Source of the DNA: an uncultured delta proteobacterium
GTDB taxonomy: Bacteria; Myxococcota_A; Polyangia; Polyangiales; JAFGIB01
DNA: 64,000 nt
Assembly: GCA_963778655.1 (NCBI GenBank)
Contig: CAVZVA010000010.1
Coordinates: 1,408,001 to 1,472,000, forward strand
Direction: 5' to 3'
The notes below the pieces were generated by a model. The model was not told where the DNA came from, searched no databases, and saw only the letters and a program-made list of their open reading frames with translations. Both the position numbers and the translations under genes were made by a program. Positions 61,965 through 64,000 of this stretch are shown in pieces. How positions within the stretch are numbered: position 1 is the stretch's first letter; each line of letters opens with the position of its first letter.

Positions 61965-62172
61965 GCCCGGCAAGTTATCCGCGCGGGCGCTGGTCGCAAG
62001 CCGCCGCGAAAGTTGAAGAAGGCACGAAGCACGAATCCGTGAAACAGGCAGACGGGAAGACGGGAAGTCCGGGCCGCGGGTGACGACCGCCGCGCGCCCG
62101 CCCCCTTCCGCCCAAGCAGGCATTCTTCCCGCCTTCCTGTGCTGGTGCAGCCGCGCATCGCGACCCGCGCGC

Positions 62173-63538
62173 TCATTGCGCCGCTGCCGCTTCCGTGGCC
62201 GCCAGCTCCTCGCCCTGCACGTGGCGCTGCTCCTTGTAGCGCGCGGCGTAGAAGATGAAGCCCACTGCGGTGGCCAGCATCATCGCCGCGAAGAACAGGT
62301 AGTAGCTGGGCCCGGCGAGCTTGCTCGAGCCGTCGGGATTCTCGATCGCGGAAATTGACTGCCGACGTGAACAGGTTGCCCAGCGAGACCGAGCCCAAGA
62401 ACAGCGACATCACCAGCGACTTCATGCGGTTGGGCGCCTGGGTGTAGAAGAACTCGAGCCCCGTGATCGAGACGAAAATCTCGGCCGCGGTGAGCACGAA
62501 ATAAGCAGGGATCTGCCACAGGATGCTGGGCTGATGCCCGGTCGCGAGCTGCTGCTCGATGAAGGCCGAAATCAGATACGCCGGCACCATCACGAAGAAG
62601 CCGATCGAGATCTTGCGCAGCGGCGTGAGCGGGAAAACCCTGGAGATCGCCGGGTAGATCACGTAGCTGAACAGCGGGATGAACAACATCACCAGGATCG
62701 GGTTGGCGGCCTGGAGCTGCTCGGCGAACAGGTCGACGCCGAGCACGCGCGTGTTCAGCTTGCTGCCCTGCAGCACCCACGACGAGCCGGTCTGATCGAA
62801 CAGCGACCAGAACATCGAGATGAACAGGATCATGCCTCCGAGCCGGCCCAACATGCGCAGCCCGTCCTTGCTCAGCGCATCGCGCACGAACGCACGACCT
62901 CCGGGCGGGATGTGGGCGAACTTGTCGCGCCCCAGGAAGAACACCAGCGTGGCCAGCATCATCAGCACGCCGGGCACCGCGAACGCGAGCGACGGGCCGA
63001 AGTGGTGCAACAGCAGCGGCCCGAGCACCATCGAGACGAACGCGCCCAGGTTGATCGCGAAGTAGAACCAGCCGAACACCCGCTCGAGCAGTCCCTGATT
63101 GAGCCGGCCGAACTGGTCGCCCACGTGTGCCGACACGCACGGCTTGATGCCGCCGGCGCCGATCGCGATCAGCGACAGCCCCACGCCCAGCCCCAGCCGC
63201 GTGTCGTCCAGCGCCAGCGCCAGGTGGCCGAGGCAGTACACCAGCGACAGCGCGATGATGGTGCGGTACTTGCCTAGCAGGCCGTCCGACACCAGCGCGC
63301 CCAGGAACGGCGTCGCGTAGACCGCCGCGCTGAATAGGTGGAACCAGCCCTTGGCTTCCTCGTCCCCCATCGGCGCGTGGGTGCCGCCCGGACCCATCAG
63401 GTAGCTGGTCATGAACACCACCAGCAGCGCCTTCATGCCGTAGAAGCTGTAGCGCTCGGCGAACTCGTTGCCGACGATGTACGGCACGCCCGGCGGCATG
63501 TGCGCGATCTCGTCGGGCGTGGTGCGGTAGGACCGCAT
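62173..63538 (-). CDS. POT/PTR family peptide transporter, +1 frameshift near 62350
   Basis: EFAERYSFYGM, GGIKPCV, FYFAINLG, QAPNRMKS; removing one base restores FAIENPDGSSKLAGPSYYLFF...Q-stop at 62173. Confidence 0.88.
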
Positions 63539-63564
63539 GCTCGCAGCTTACAAGACTTCGCGGC

Positions 63565-64000
63565 TTACGCCGCCACTTCGACACCCAGCGGCCAGGCGAG
63601 CTGGGCCAGCCCCGGGCCGAGCTCGAGGAAGCCCTCGCGCATCTCCTGCATCGAGATGCGCTCGTCGGGGTGCTGGCGCAGGCCGTTTGCGATCAGGTCG
63701 CAGACCGCCGCCAGCCGCGGGTTCTGTCGCAGCGCCAGCAGCTTCTCCGGGTAGCCGTCGTGGCTCAGATGCGCGTTGATCACCGCCAGCTCGCTCTGCG
63801 AGTCGAACAGCGTATCGCCGGTCAGCACCTCGTAGGACAGACATGAAAACGCGTACACGTCCGCGGGCATCGGCCGCGGGGGCCAGCCGTCCGGCACCAA
63901 CCCCCAGATCTCGGGCGCGCCGTAGGGCCCGGTGGCGCAGCCCGGGCGGATGTGGCGCCCCGCCAGGCCGAAGTCCACCAGCACCGGCGTGGGGCCGCCT
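63565..64000 (-). CDS. Ser/Thr protein kinase, C-terminal part (runs off the window end)
   Basis: LVDFGLA, YGAPE, ADVYAF, YEVLTG, PDER. Confidence 0.85.
   Translation of the reverse strand, partial: GGPTPVLVDFGLAGRHIRPGCATGPYGAPEIWGLVPDGWPPRPMPADVYAFSCLSYEVLTGDTLFDSQSELAVINAHLSHDGYPEKLLALRQNPRLAAVCDLIANGLRQHPDERISMQEMREGFLELGPGLAQLAWPLGVEVAA

Overview
Very high-GC bacterial DNA. The gene content (many Cys-rich and low-complexity lipoproteins, PEGA/TPR, DUF1552/DUF1592, an ECF-FecR module, a Ser/Thr kinase) points to a myxobacterium, probably Polyangiales-like; this is an inference. Housekeeping genes (secA, gltA, ndh, fur, phosphohexomutase, acyl-CoA dehydrogenases, transporters) are mixed with about 13 predicted lipoproteins. 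The most striking element is a tightly coupled three-gene surface operon (22.5-31.6 kb) centred on a 1977-aa lipoprotein with a nested 'Russian-doll' layout: vWA N-part, four PPC-like N-half domains, an RCC1 propeller plus C-type lectin head, four PPC-like C-half domains, then the vWA C-part. Other points: a 171-bp MITE-like element with CTAG ends and a second remnant copy, a GH114 homologue lacking both catalytic acids just upstream of an ECF/FecR/outer-membrane module, a Fur-box-like palindrome in front of a cytochrome c-Ftr1 permease next to fur, and four single-base frameshifts that may be assembly errors. I saw no rRNA, tRNA, CRISPR array or transposase. All family calls come from motif recognition, not database searches, and several start codons are my choice.
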